Virus record (IMG/VR): IMGVR_UViG_3300042891_000711
Span: 1-64,000 of that record
Reading direction: 5' to 3' (one strand)
DNA: 64,000 bases
Position 1 is the stretch's first letter. Each line of letters opens with the position of its first letter. The position numbers and the translations under genes were made by a program. Shown here piece by piece: positions 10,203 to 19,567 of this stretch. The notes beneath the pieces were generated by a model. It was not told the DNA's origin. It was given only the letters and a program-made list of their open reading frames with translations, and ran no database searches.

Positions 10203-10522
10203 TGGAAATTATATTTGGTAGAGAAAACGCAGAAAAACTGCGTGAAAAGTACACTGTATTAGATTTAGAAACAGTTGAGCGAGATGGTGCAAGTCTTGAA
10301 GTATTTTGCCTAATTCCTGCTGATAAAATTAGCCTAGGTGATTTGCCTACGCTAGAACAATACACTAATCTACATGCAGAATTTTTACAAGGTTATAAGA
10401 ATAAACACTACGACTACTGTCGTCAGTGCATCACTTACCTAATGGGTAAGTTCTCCGGTGAAGTTGATACATTCTATGAAGAAATACTACGTAGAATTGA
10501 TCTAGAAGACCCTCCAAAGTAA
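10202..10522 (+). CDS. stand-alone homolog of the C-terminal region of the CHASE2 adenylate cyclase
   Basis: aligns by eye with the last ~110 aa of CDS 21801-23825; GTG start. Confidence 0.6.
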   Translation: MEIIFGRENAEKLREKYTVLDLETVERDGASLEVFCLIPADKISLGDLPTLEQYTNLHAEFLQGYKNKHYDYCRQCITYLMGKFSGEVDTFYEEILRRIDLEDPPK

Positions 10523-10542
10523 TACTATAAGTTAATTATATC

Positions 10543-10576
10543 AGAGCCCCCGTTAAATAATAATAACCGGGGCTTT
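10543..10576 (+). promoter_or_regulatory. hairpin with a late promoter in its loop, upstream of csgF
   Basis: AGAGCCCC-C-GTT...AAC-C-GGGGCTTT with TAAATA at 10554-10559. Confidence 0.55.
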
Positions 10577-10579
10577 CGC

Positions 10580-11077
10580 ATGAACAAACGTATGGTCTGC
10601 AATCTTTTATTGGTCGTCACGTTGACTGCTAGCGTTAATATTGCCAAGGCTGGCGAAATGGTGCACACATTCAGTAGCCCGGCATTCAGCGGACAGGGCT
10701 TTGGAATACATGCCCTTACGATTAAACAATTAGAAGATCAGGCCAAGGACAAGCGTGAATCTGCGGCAGAAGCTATACAGGCCAAAGCAGAATCTGCTGC
10801 ATTGAATACTCCGCAGGCTAGATTCATTGCTAACTTAGAATCAAGAATTTATAGTCAACTAGCAAAACAGCTAACTGACAGCATGTTTGGTGAAGGTGCT
10901 ACCTGTACTACAGCAGGAGTGGTATGCGGTAATATACCAAACCTGGGCGGTAACAGTATCGAGTGGAGTCTAGGCGCAGGTAGCGATAGTGGATTAATTA
11001 TTATTACTATACAGGATCTGGCTAATGTTGATAATGTAACAACAATGAAAGTGCCAGCAGGGACCTTTTACTTCTAA
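10580..11077 (+). CDS. csgF: curli assembly protein CsgF-like
   Basis: signal peptide, mature N-terminus GEMVHTFSSPAFSG, F..NLESRIYSQLA; directly upstream of csgG. Confidence 0.75.
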   Translation: MNKRMVCNLLLVVTLTASVNIAKAGEMVHTFSSPAFSGQGFGIHALTIKQLEDQAKDKRESAAEAIQAKAESAALNTPQARFIANLESRIYSQLAKQLTDSMFGEGATCTTAGVVCGNIPNLGGNSIEWSLGAGSDSGLIIITIQDLANVDNVTTMKVPAGTFYF

Positions 11078-11943
11078 TGAAAAAGTTATTAATTCTTTTA
11101 TTAGCAGTAACATTAGGCGGATGTGCCACGGGTAGTGTGATTCGTGAAAAAGTCACAGGTGAACAATTTGATAAACCTGAAGTAGTACGTGAAACATACT
11201 TTACTAAACCGGAGAATAGAGTATTGCCTCCAGCAGGCGGTCCTGTTCCTATAGCAGTGTATAGTTTCTTAGATAAAACAGGACAACGTAAGAATATACC
11301 TAACGTGGCTAGTTTTAGTACAGCAGTATCGCAGGGTGCAGAAGCATACTTAATCGGCGCCTTACAAGATGTAGGCGACCAACGTTGGTTTACTGTGTTA
11401 GAACGTGTAGGGTTAGACAACTTGATTAAAGAACGTCAGATGATTCGTCAGATGCGTGAACAATATCAAGGTAGAGAAGCCAAGTCATTACCACCAATGA
11501 TGTTTGCTGGTGTTATTGTTGAGGGAAGTGTAACAGGCTACGATAGTAACCTGCTTACAGGTGGTAGTGGTATGCGTATTTTGGGTATAGGAGCTCAAAC
11601 ACAATACCAAAGTGACACGGTTACAGTTACTCTAAGAACAGTAAGCGTTAATACAGGTGAAGTATTAACAACTGTAACAGTTACTAAAACAGTATTAAGC
11701 TACATGGATAAATTTGGTATATTAAAGTTTGTTGAAGAAGGCACAAAAGCCATTGAAGCTGAATCTGGTATGAGTATTAACGAAAGTGTCAATAAGGCAA
11801 CTAATCTAGCAGTCAAAGCAGCTGTGGTTGCTACTATTCGAGAAGGAGTTCGAAAAGGGCATTGGGCATTTAAGGAAGAGCCTAAGCCTGTAGTACAAAC
11901 AGATGGTATAACATATCCGCTGTTAGAAACAAAAAAACAATAA
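11077..11943 (+). CDS. csgG: curli secretion pore lipoprotein CsgG
   Basis: lipobox LGGC, AVYSFLDKTGQRK, FSTAVSQG, WFTVLERVGLDNLIKERQMIR. Confidence 0.93.
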   Translation: MKKLLILLLAVTLGGCATGSVIREKVTGEQFDKPEVVRETYFTKPENRVLPPAGGPVPIAVYSFLDKTGQRKNIPNVASFSTAVSQGAEAYLIGALQDVGDQRWFTVLERVGLDNLIKERQMIRQMREQYQGREAKSLPPMMFAGVIVEGSVTGYDSNLLTGGSGMRILGIGAQTQYQSDTVTVTLRTVSVNTGEVLTTVTVTKTVLSYMDKFGILKFVEEGTKAIEAESGMSINESVNKATNLAVKAAVVATIREGVRKGHWAFKEEPKPVVQTDGITYPLLETKKQ

Positions 11944-11967
11944 TAGGATTTTAAAAATCCAAGGAGC

Positions 11968-12759
11968 ATGACAATGAAATATAATTTAAAAGCAACGGTA
12001 AGTATGATGTTTTTAGCTTTGTCAACGTCGGTAATAGCCGCAGGTCCAACAGGCCCTAACCGTGTTTACATTGAACAATTGGGTAACACCAATAATGTTA
12101 CAATTGAACAGGTTGGCGGAACTAACGATGTTGGTGGTACTGCTGGTAGTGTAGCAGTTGACGCAACAGGTCTAAGTACACTAACAGTAACAGCACCAAG
12201 TACTAGTAACTATGCTACAATCAACGGTAGCAATAATGGTGTTACTATAACGCAAACTGGTGATGATAACCAAGCGCAGTATAATATTAAAGGTGGTACT
12301 AACACCTATACAAGTACTGTAACTGGTAGCGGCAATCAAAATAAACTTACTATTGGTAACACCAACACTAACGGTATGCGTAATACTGTTACTGAGTCAG
12401 TTACAGGTAGTACTAATATGTTGATTACTAATATTGTTGGCAGTGATAATGCGTTATCAACTACTATTGGCGGCGATAATAACCAATTAACCATTGGTGT
12501 AACTACTAGCAATGCCGATATTACTAACACTATTAGTGGTAGCAACAATATATTTAATATACAACAAATTGATGCTGCAGGCAGTGCTGGTCATAGTTTA
12601 ATTACATCAACTACAGGTGACTACAACAGTATTACCACACAGCAACAAGGTACAAATGATACTACATTGAACATTAGTACAACTGGTGATCATAATACGA
12701 TTACAGTACGTTCAAGCAGCGGTGCTATAGTAAGCCCAGTATCAGCAATAGTGAGATAG
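11968..12759 (+). CDS. secreted curlin-like beta-solenoid repeat protein
   Basis: signal peptide; repeated N-x-x-x-I-x-Q-x-G-x-x-N units. Confidence 0.75.
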   Translation: MTMKYNLKATVSMMFLALSTSVIAAGPTGPNRVYIEQLGNTNNVTIEQVGGTNDVGGTAGSVAVDATGLSTLTVTAPSTSNYATINGSNNGVTITQTGDDNQAQYNIKGGTNTYTSTVTGSGNQNKLTIGNTNTNGMRNTVTESVTGSTNMLITNIVGSDNALSTTIGGDNNQLTIGVTTSNADITNTISGSNNIFNIQQIDAAGSAGHSLITSTTGDYNSITTQQQGTNDTTLNISTTGDHNTITVRSSSGAIVSPVSAIVR

Positions 12760-12762
12760 TCA

Positions 12763-13854
12763 ATGAAACTATTGCTTGCCGTGGTATGCTTATTAGCATA
12801 TACCAACAGTTGGGCGGGCATTGGAACTGTAAGCGATACTAAAGGTACCGCTTGTTCAATAGAGCGTGCTAAACAGACCCTGCCTGGCAACAAAGGTGCC
12901 TCCATAGAAAGTATGGATACCTATGTTACAGGCGGCTGTGTTAGCAACATTACATTTAAAGATGACACCAAAGTAAAAATAACAGAAAACAGTCGACTAA
13001 TGATAGACGACTTTGTCTTCGATCCTAAAAAATCTGACGCAGGCAAACTAGCACTTAAAGTAGGCATGGGCACAGTGCGCTATGCCAGCGGTCAAATTGC
13101 TAAGAATAATCCACAACGAGTAGACATTAAAACTCCCACAGCCAGTATTGCTGTTCGTGGTACAGACTTTAACATGACTGTAGACGAAGCCGGTCAGAGT
13201 TTGGTAATTCTTGTGCCTAGTTGTAAAGACGGTGAAAAGATCAAAGAATATGAACTAGAAGAAAACTTATGTAAAGTGGGTAAGATTGAAGTTAGTACAC
13301 TGGCTGGTATAGTTACGTTAGATAAAGCATTTGAAGGTACCTATGTTACATCGGCTAACATGATGCCTAGTCCTCCAGCTATTATTAACACAATTGAAAG
13401 TAAGATTGGTAACAGTCTTATTATCACCCGCCCACCTGAAATTGTCAAGGCTAGTAAAGAAGCAGGTAAAAGCAAACGTGATCTAGAACAAGAAGAATTA
13501 GAAGCTATCCAAGCAAGTCAACTTGCTCAACGTATAGCCAAAGAAGGCGAAGCTAAAGCTACGGTAATGCCTTACAGTTTTGACAGTGGTAAATCAGGAT
13601 GTAATCCATCAATTAACGTCTGCGTCAAGTGGGAAAATCCTGATGGCGACAGTCTACAGGCCAAAGGTCGAGGAATAGCGTTTCGTCAAAGTGAAGATCA
13701 CTATGCGGAAGTTAAAACACAGGGCTACGAAAGTAATACGTCGATTGAAATAACACATGATGATAATATTGCTTCAGCTACAATTGGCTCAGGCGATCCA
13801 GGTGGTAATGTAGTACGTATCAAACAGAATTCTGGAGTGTTAAGACGACAATGA
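12763..13854 (+). CDS. FecR-domain periplasmic protein
   Basis: signal peptide; ITFKDDTKVKITENS, G.VRYASG, IKTPTASIAVRGTDF. Confidence 0.9.
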   Translation: MKLLLAVVCLLAYTNSWAGIGTVSDTKGTACSIERAKQTLPGNKGASIESMDTYVTGGCVSNITFKDDTKVKITENSRLMIDDFVFDPKKSDAGKLALKVGMGTVRYASGQIAKNNPQRVDIKTPTASIAVRGTDFNMTVDEAGQSLVILVPSCKDGEKIKEYELEENLCKVGKIEVSTLAGIVTLDKAFEGTYVTSANMMPSPPAIINTIESKIGNSLIITRPPEIVKASKEAGKSKRDLEQEELEAIQASQLAQRIAKEGEAKATVMPYSFDSGKSGCNPSINVCVKWENPDGDSLQAKGRGIAFRQSEDHYAEVKTQGYESNTSIEITHDDNIASATIGSGDPGGNVVRIKQNSGVLRRQ

Positions 13855-14987
13855 AACGACTCCTTTTAATCTTATTGTTAGTTTGTTCCGATACCCGGGC
13901 AGCAGGAATTACGGGTCTTAATTATCAAAATTATGCCGCAGGCGGTGCGCAACCCTCGTATACTCAAGATGCCAACGGTAACATCACCAATCGCACACTA
14001 TTAAGTACTGGAACTGTAAACACAGTAGGATTAACCACTAGTAGTGGGGCAGGCTTGCCTACTCGCAGTGATGGCTTTATTGTTCGTTTCTATGGTTACA
14101 TTAATATCGCAACAGCAGGCACCTACTACTTTGGCGGACAAGCCGACGACGGTATACGTATTAAAGTTGATGGTGTTTCTGTAGTCGACAGTTGGATTGA
14201 AAGTGGCGGAGCATTTAGACAAAGTAGTTCTATTACATTAGCCGCAGGTGTTGTTGCTGTGGAAGTGATGTTTTACGAGAACGGTGGCGGACAAATGGTT
14301 AACTTTCAGTGGTACACTCCGGGAGCAACAGCATGGGCTATGGTACCCACAGCGTCAACAGCCACCGATAATACCTATTGGGCGCCTGCAGCTCCTGCAC
14401 TATGCTGTGGGGGTAGTTCGTCAAGTTTTAATGCTAGTCCATCTAATGTAACAAAAGTACAGTCATACGCCACAAGGAATACCAATGACAGTCAAGTCTA
14501 CATAGACCAAATTGGTAATGACAATGAGATTACAGTTGATCAAACGGGTACTAAAAATAACTACACAGAATACAATGGTGGTGGTAGTTTCAATACCGTT
14601 AATATCTCACAAACTGGTAATAGTTCAACAACAGCAAACTATGTAGAACTAAATGTCAACGGTGATAGTAATACAGTAAATCTAACACAGCAGAGTACAG
14701 GCGGTGCTAAAGGTATCTACGCTACAGTTAACGATGACAATAATAATGTCACAGTCTTACAAAAAGACAGTGGTAATGCTTACTTAAACTTAAACTTGAG
14801 TGGTGGTAATAAGACAGTGGACATAACTCAACAGGGCAGTGCTAATCACATGGCCGACATTACATTAAGCGGTGCTGGTGCTAGAAGTTTAAACTTAAAT
14901 CAGCAAGGTGCAGTACAACAATTTTATAGTATCAATAGTAGTTGTGCTAGTAGTTGTCAAGCTATAACAGTAATACAGGGGCAATAA
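13851..14987 (+). CDS. secreted PA14 domain plus curlin-like repeat protein
   Basis: FYGYINIATAGTYYF...ADDGIRIKVDG...FYENGGG (PA14), then YIDQIGNDN-type repeats. Confidence 0.8.
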   Translation: MKRLLLILLLVCSDTRAAGITGLNYQNYAAGGAQPSYTQDANGNITNRTLLSTGTVNTVGLTTSSGAGLPTRSDGFIVRFYGYINIATAGTYYFGGQADDGIRIKVDGVSVVDSWIESGGAFRQSSSITLAAGVVAVEVMFYENGGGQMVNFQWYTPGATAWAMVPTASTATDNTYWAPAAPALCCGGSSSSFNASPSNVTKVQSYATRNTNDSQVYIDQIGNDNEITVDQTGTKNNYTEYNGGGSFNTVNISQTGNSSTTANYVELNVNGDSNTVNLTQQSTGGAKGIYATVNDDNNNVTVLQKDSGNAYLNLNLSGGNKTVDITQQGSANHMADITLSGAGARSLNLNQQGAVQQFYSINSSCASSCQAITVIQGQ

Positions 14988-15056
14988 CAGCACTTAACTT
15001 AGCAATTATTAAGTTTAAATATTAAAAACGACATTAAGATCGTAAGGAGCAAGTCT

Positions 15057-17105
15057 ATGAAGAAAATAACATTAGCATTGATGCTAGCGGGTGTATTTGG
15101 TTTGAATCAAGCAATGGCCGCAAATGCAATCATCGAAAATGAATACGTAAGAGCAGGTGTAAACGAAAGTACAGGTACACTAGGATCTGGTGGTGGCACA
15201 CGTCCGGGTCTACAGTATGACAATACAGGTACAAGTACTTGGCCCGGCAACAGTAGCCAAGGCGACTATCTAACACCGGGTAGCCCATTTGAAGGTTACA
15301 CAGTTAGATTAGAAGAAGCTGATGGTACACTAATCCGTTCATATACAAATAACAATACCGGTGGTGCACAAATTTCCGGCGGTGCTTGGGTAACTACTCC
15401 AACTGCTGACAGTGCTGTATGGGCTGCAACTACCAGTGACTTTGGTATTCAAAATACCTACAGCTTACCGGCTGGTCAAAAGTATATTGAAATTGACACA
15501 CAGATTACAGCAAGTATAGCTATACCTAAACTATGGTTTGGCCGCTTTATTGATCCTGATGCTATGCCTATGCCAGGTGATACGAGTGCTACAGACAATG
15601 CACGTGGCTACGGTGCAATTCCAACTACAAACGTAGTGTTTAGCGAAGCAACAGTAAGCCGTTACGCATTAGGTTTATACTCATCAGCAACTAACGTGGG
15701 TACAGGTATTAGCCCTATGTGGACAACTAATCCTAAGGACTACTACACAAACGTTGGCGGATACAATGTAGGTAACGGAGATCATACAATTGGTTTAGGT
15801 TTCTTAATGAGTGGCGTAAGTGCAGGTGACATTGTACACTTTAACTATGCTTATATCTTTGGACCAAGCGCATTTGGTGCGGCTACTTCGGCAGTTAGTG
15901 GTGGCGCTGGTGGTGGTACTCCTGGCACTGTTCCTGGAGGCGGCACGCTAGTTGACGTAGGTTCAGCAACAGATGCAGCGTCGGGTACACCAACACCTCC
16001 TCCTGCTCCAACAGTAACAGGCACAAGCACATCAACTATTACTATTAGCGATGTTACTGCGATAAGTGCAACATTACCAGTTATTACAGCGAGCCTAGCA
16101 CACCATGATGCTACAGAAGCCGCAGGTGTACAAACAATTGCACGTGAAACAACTACTAACGTAACAACTCCAATGGAACGTACATTAGTAACTAAAGTAC
16201 GTACAACCAGCACATGGAGTGATAGTACAACCACATTCGTTGATGCGGCTCCTGTGACTGATGTTACAGTATCGAACAGCGTAGCAACTTCAGTAGCTAA
16301 TGCTAGCTTCGGTGGTCGTGTTGATCAATACACACAATTAGCAGAACTAAACACAGGTATCAATCGTGGCTTAAACTCACAACTATTCCGTAAAGATATG
16401 GTTGATGGAAAGGGTTACAGAATGTACATGGGTGTTGCACATTTAGACAGCGGCGCAGGTAACGGCTATGATGCTAAGTCAGATAAATTTAACATTGGCG
16501 TTGAAAAAGATGTTAAAGCCTACTGGACGTTAGGTGCTCAATATACCAATGTTAATACATCATTAACAGGTGTTGACAGTGCCACTAAACAAAACAAAAA
16601 TCACTTGGGTGCTTATAGTATCTTAACTAAAAATAATTGGATCTTAAAAACAGATTTGGGTCTAGCTGATAACAGTCTTAAATCAAATCGCAACGTAGCG
16701 GGTTTATTCTACAATGCCAGCAGTACTGATGGAAACGATTGGTGGTTAAGTAACCGTGTTTATACTCCTAGCTTAAACGGCTTCCGCCCATACGCAGGTT
16801 ATACATATGGTAAAGATAAACGTGATGCTTACACTGAAACAGGTAGTATACAAAGTGCTAGAACTGTGGCCAGTGTAACTGACACCAATGACTACAGCGA
16901 AATTGGTGTGCGCTATGATAAGACCATTAATAAACTAATATTGTCGGGCGAAGCAGGTGTTTCTAGTGATAGCTACAAAGATATTAAAGGTGAAGTAAGT
17001 TATCTAGTTAATGCACGTAGCAGAATTAGCATAACAGCAAGTAGACAGGAACATAAGGACTTGTCAACTAACCAAATTGGTTTGCAAGGTAAGATAGATT
17101 TTTAA
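15057..17105 (+). CDS. outer-membrane autotransporter-like protein
   Basis: signal peptide, passenger-like domain, Pro/Thr linker, amphipathic beta-strand C-terminus ending in Phe (GKIDF). Confidence 0.7.
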   Translation: MKKITLALMLAGVFGLNQAMAANAIIENEYVRAGVNESTGTLGSGGGTRPGLQYDNTGTSTWPGNSSQGDYLTPGSPFEGYTVRLEEADGTLIRSYTNNNTGGAQISGGAWVTTPTADSAVWAATTSDFGIQNTYSLPAGQKYIEIDTQITASIAIPKLWFGRFIDPDAMPMPGDTSATDNARGYGAIPTTNVVFSEATVSRYALGLYSSATNVGTGISPMWTTNPKDYYTNVGGYNVGNGDHTIGLGFLMSGVSAGDIVHFNYAYIFGPSAFGAATSAVSGGAGGGTPGTVPGGGTLVDVGSATDAASGTPTPPPAPTVTGTSTSTITISDVTAISATLPVITASLAHHDATEAAGVQTIARETTTNVTTPMERTLVTKVRTTSTWSDSTTTFVDAAPVTDVTVSNSVATSVANASFGGRVDQYTQLAELNTGINRGLNSQLFRKDMVDGKGYRMYMGVAHLDSGAGNGYDAKSDKFNIGVEKDVKAYWTLGAQYTNVNTSLTGVDSATKQNKNHLGAYSILTKNNWILKTDLGLADNSLKSNRNVAGLFYNASSTDGNDWWLSNRVYTPSLNGFRPYAGYTYGKDKRDAYTETGSIQSARTVASVTDTNDYSEIGVRYDKTINKLILSGEAGVSSDSYKDIKGEVSYLVNARSRISITASRQEHKDLSTNQIGLQGKIDF

Positions 17106-17131
17106 TAAATTGCCCCGAAAGGGGCTTTTTA
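17100..17131 (+). repeat. 32-bp direct repeat copy 1 (contains stop codon and terminator)
   Basis: TTTTAATAAATTGCCCCGAAAGGGGCTTTTTA, identical to 19488-19519. Confidence 0.95.
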
Positions 17132-17149
17132 ATAACTATAAATACTATT

Positions 17150-17248
17150 ATGTATACATGGCGCGAACGTATTATTTTCTTTGAAATTGTCCTTTTCTTC
17201 ACCCTTGTGTTTTCTATCCCCTACATAGAACAACTAATCCAACTGTAA
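17150..17248 (+). CDS. 32-aa hydrophobic peptide (not in ORF track)
   Basis: MYTWRERIIFFEIVLFFTLVFSIPYIEQLIQL; starts 5 nt after TATAAATA. Confidence 0.45.
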   Translation: MYTWRERIIFFEIVLFFTLVFSIPYIEQLIQL

Positions 17249-17282
17249 CAAAAATTTAATCTGTTTGTAACGCTACTGTAAT
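17243..17282 (+). promoter_or_regulatory. Pho-box array (PhoB-type direct repeats)
   Basis: CTGTAAC/ATTTAAT/TTGTAAC/CTGTAAT at 17243, 17254, 17265, 17276, an exact 11-bp period, upstream of phosphate-related genes. Confidence 0.75.
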
Positions 17283-17304
17283 CTTTGTGTGTTTAAATAT
17301 AATT

Positions 17305-18054
17305 ATGACCACAAGATATAAGACCATTTGTATATCCGACTTCCATCTTGGCACTAAAGATGCCAAGGCCGATCTATTAAACAATTTCCTTAAACATCAC
17401 ACCTGCGAAAATTTATTTCTTGTAGGTGACATAATCGACGGCTGGAAAATACAGCAGAACAAATGGCGTTGGCATCAAAGCCATACTAATGTAATACGTA
17501 GGATATTAGGCTATAGTAAACGAGGATGCAATGTAACCTATATAACTGGCAACCATGACGAATTCCTTCGTCCGTTAGTTAGTCATGGTTTTAATCTAGG
17601 TAATATTCGTATGGCCAATCAGGCAGAATACCGTAGTATCGATGGGGAACTATTTCTTATCACACACGGCGACTTGTTTGATGGTGTTACTAGACTAGCA
17701 CCGTGGTTAGGATTTTTAGGTGACAAGATGTATGATGTTGCTTTGTGGTTTAATAACTACTTTAACTTTGCCCGTAGAAAATTAGGGTTTGGTTATTGGA
17801 GTCTGAGTAAGTTTTTAAAAGCTCGTGTTAAAAAAGCAATGGGGTTTGTGTTTAAGTTTGAGCTTACTATGTTACAGTACGCACAAAAACGTGGATACGA
17901 TGGTGTTATCTGCGGACACATACACACACCCGAAATTAAACACATCAACGGCATGATTTATATGAATGACGGCGATTGGGTTGAAAGTTGTAGTGCCCTG
18001 GTAGAAGATTATGAAGGACGCTGGGATATTATATATTGGAATGAAATCAAATAG
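17305..18054 (+). CDS. metallophosphoesterase, PlcP/LpxH2-like (phosphate-starvation phospholipase C family)
   Basis: ISDFHLG, GDIIDGW, GNHDEFLR, HGD, CGHIH, NDGDWVES. Confidence 0.8.
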   Translation: MTTRYKTICISDFHLGTKDAKADLLNNFLKHHTCENLFLVGDIIDGWKIQQNKWRWHQSHTNVIRRILGYSKRGCNVTYITGNHDEFLRPLVSHGFNLGNIRMANQAEYRSIDGELFLITHGDLFDGVTRLAPWLGFLGDKMYDVALWFNNYFNFARRKLGFGYWSLSKFLKARVKKAMGFVFKFELTMLQYAQKRGYDGVICGHIHTPEIKHINGMIYMNDGDWVESCSALVEDYEGRWDIIYWNEIK

Positions 18055-18065
18055 GAGAAAGATGA

Positions 18066-19493
18066 ATGACGATACAACAGGTTAAATCAATAATGTATTA
18101 TGTAGTAATAGCATTTGCGCTATCAATGGCAGGGTTAAAGCAAGCGCATGCCGACAGCACCACTGACATTGTTAACGCACTAGTTATGAAAGGTGTACTT
18201 ACAGAAGAAGAAGGCGCATTATTAAATAAAGGACACAGTGGAGAAACAGGCGCTGCTAAAAAAGAAAAAGACACTACTGTTCATGCGGCTAGTAAAATGA
18301 GCATTCGTGGCTATTTACAAATGCGTAACACTACTATGCTCAGTGGTGATGAAGGAGTTAACCTTTGGTCAGATCGATCTGTAGGTGATAAAAACTCTCT
18401 TGCTGATCAAGACAAAAATTTCTTAATTCGTCGAGCACGTGTGATTATTTCTGGTTCTGCCGGTGACCGTTTAGATTACTACATTCAACCTGACTTTGCT
18501 AGTACAGCAGGTACTACAGGTAACGTAGCGCAATTACGCGATGCTTATGGTGATGTCAACTTGACCAAAGACAAAGTCCACCGCGTTCGTGTTGGACAAA
18601 GTAAAGTACCATATGGCTTTGAAAACTTACAGTCTTCACAAAATCGTCTAGCACTTGATCGTGCTGACGCATTTAATAGTGCGGTACGTGATGAACGTGA
18701 CTTGGGTGCGTTTTACTACTACACACCGGATAATGTGCAAAAACTCTTTAAAGAAATTCAAGATGGCGGACTAAAACACTCAGGCAACTACGGTATGTTT
18801 GGTTTAGGTATATATAACGGCCAAGGTGCTAACCAACAAGATCGTAACGACAACTACCATGTAGTGGCACGTGCTACTTACCCATGGAAAACTGAAAGCG
18901 GTCAAATTTACGAAGCTGGTGTACAGGGTTATACAGGCAAGTATGTAAGAACAGGCAGTGCTTATAGAAAAAATATGGGCAACAATGTCTACGCAACTAA
19001 AACACCAACATTAGAACCAGGCAATACAACTGGATTTAAAGATGAGCGTGTGGGTGTGAGTTTTATGATGTACCCTATGCCTTTCGGTTTGCAAGGTGAG
19101 TGGAACTGGGGTAAAACTCCTGGCTTAGATACTGCTGCTAGTACTGACGGCATTATTAAAGAAACTAATTTAAACGGTGGCTACATTCAAACTATGTATA
19201 AAATTGATAACTTCAAGGTGTTAGATACCAATGGTACATTAATTCCATTTGTTAGATGGCAATACTTTGATGGTGCGTCAAAAGCAGAAACTAACTCACC
19301 AATGAACAAAGTTAACGATTGGGAGTTGGGTGCTGAATGGCAAATTGCTCCAGAAGTTGAACTTGTGGCTTACTATCATATGATGAACCGTAGCAATTTA
19401 GTAACAGGCGCATCAGCTACTACACTAGTAAAACAAGACTATGCTAACTTTAAAGCAGATGCTTTACGGGTTCAGCTACAGTATAACTTTTAA
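18066..19493 (+). CDS. phosphate-selective porin OprO/OprP family
   Basis: signal peptide, LVMKGVLTEEE N-terminus, IRRAR, LRDAY, GQSKVPYGFENLQSS, C-terminal Phe. Confidence 0.85.
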   Translation: MTIQQVKSIMYYVVIAFALSMAGLKQAHADSTTDIVNALVMKGVLTEEEGALLNKGHSGETGAAKKEKDTTVHAASKMSIRGYLQMRNTTMLSGDEGVNLWSDRSVGDKNSLADQDKNFLIRRARVIISGSAGDRLDYYIQPDFASTAGTTGNVAQLRDAYGDVNLTKDKVHRVRVGQSKVPYGFENLQSSQNRLALDRADAFNSAVRDERDLGAFYYYTPDNVQKLFKEIQDGGLKHSGNYGMFGLGIYNGQGANQQDRNDNYHVVARATYPWKTESGQIYEAGVQGYTGKYVRTGSAYRKNMGNNVYATKTPTLEPGNTTGFKDERVGVSFMMYPMPFGLQGEWNWGKTPGLDTAASTDGIIKETNLNGGYIQTMYKIDNFKVLDTNGTLIPFVRWQYFDGASKAETNSPMNKVNDWELGAEWQIAPEVELVAYYHMMNRSNLVTGASATTLVKQDYANFKADALRVQLQYNF

Positions 19494-19519
19494 TAAATTG
19501 CCCCGAAAGGGGCTTTTTA
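19488..19519 (+). repeat. 32-bp direct repeat copy 2 (contains stop codon and terminator)
   Basis: identical to 17100-17131. Confidence 0.95.
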
Positions 19520-19567
19520 TTGGATTAAATAGTAGACAACGGACAAATAAGAGTATAAAATAACTGT

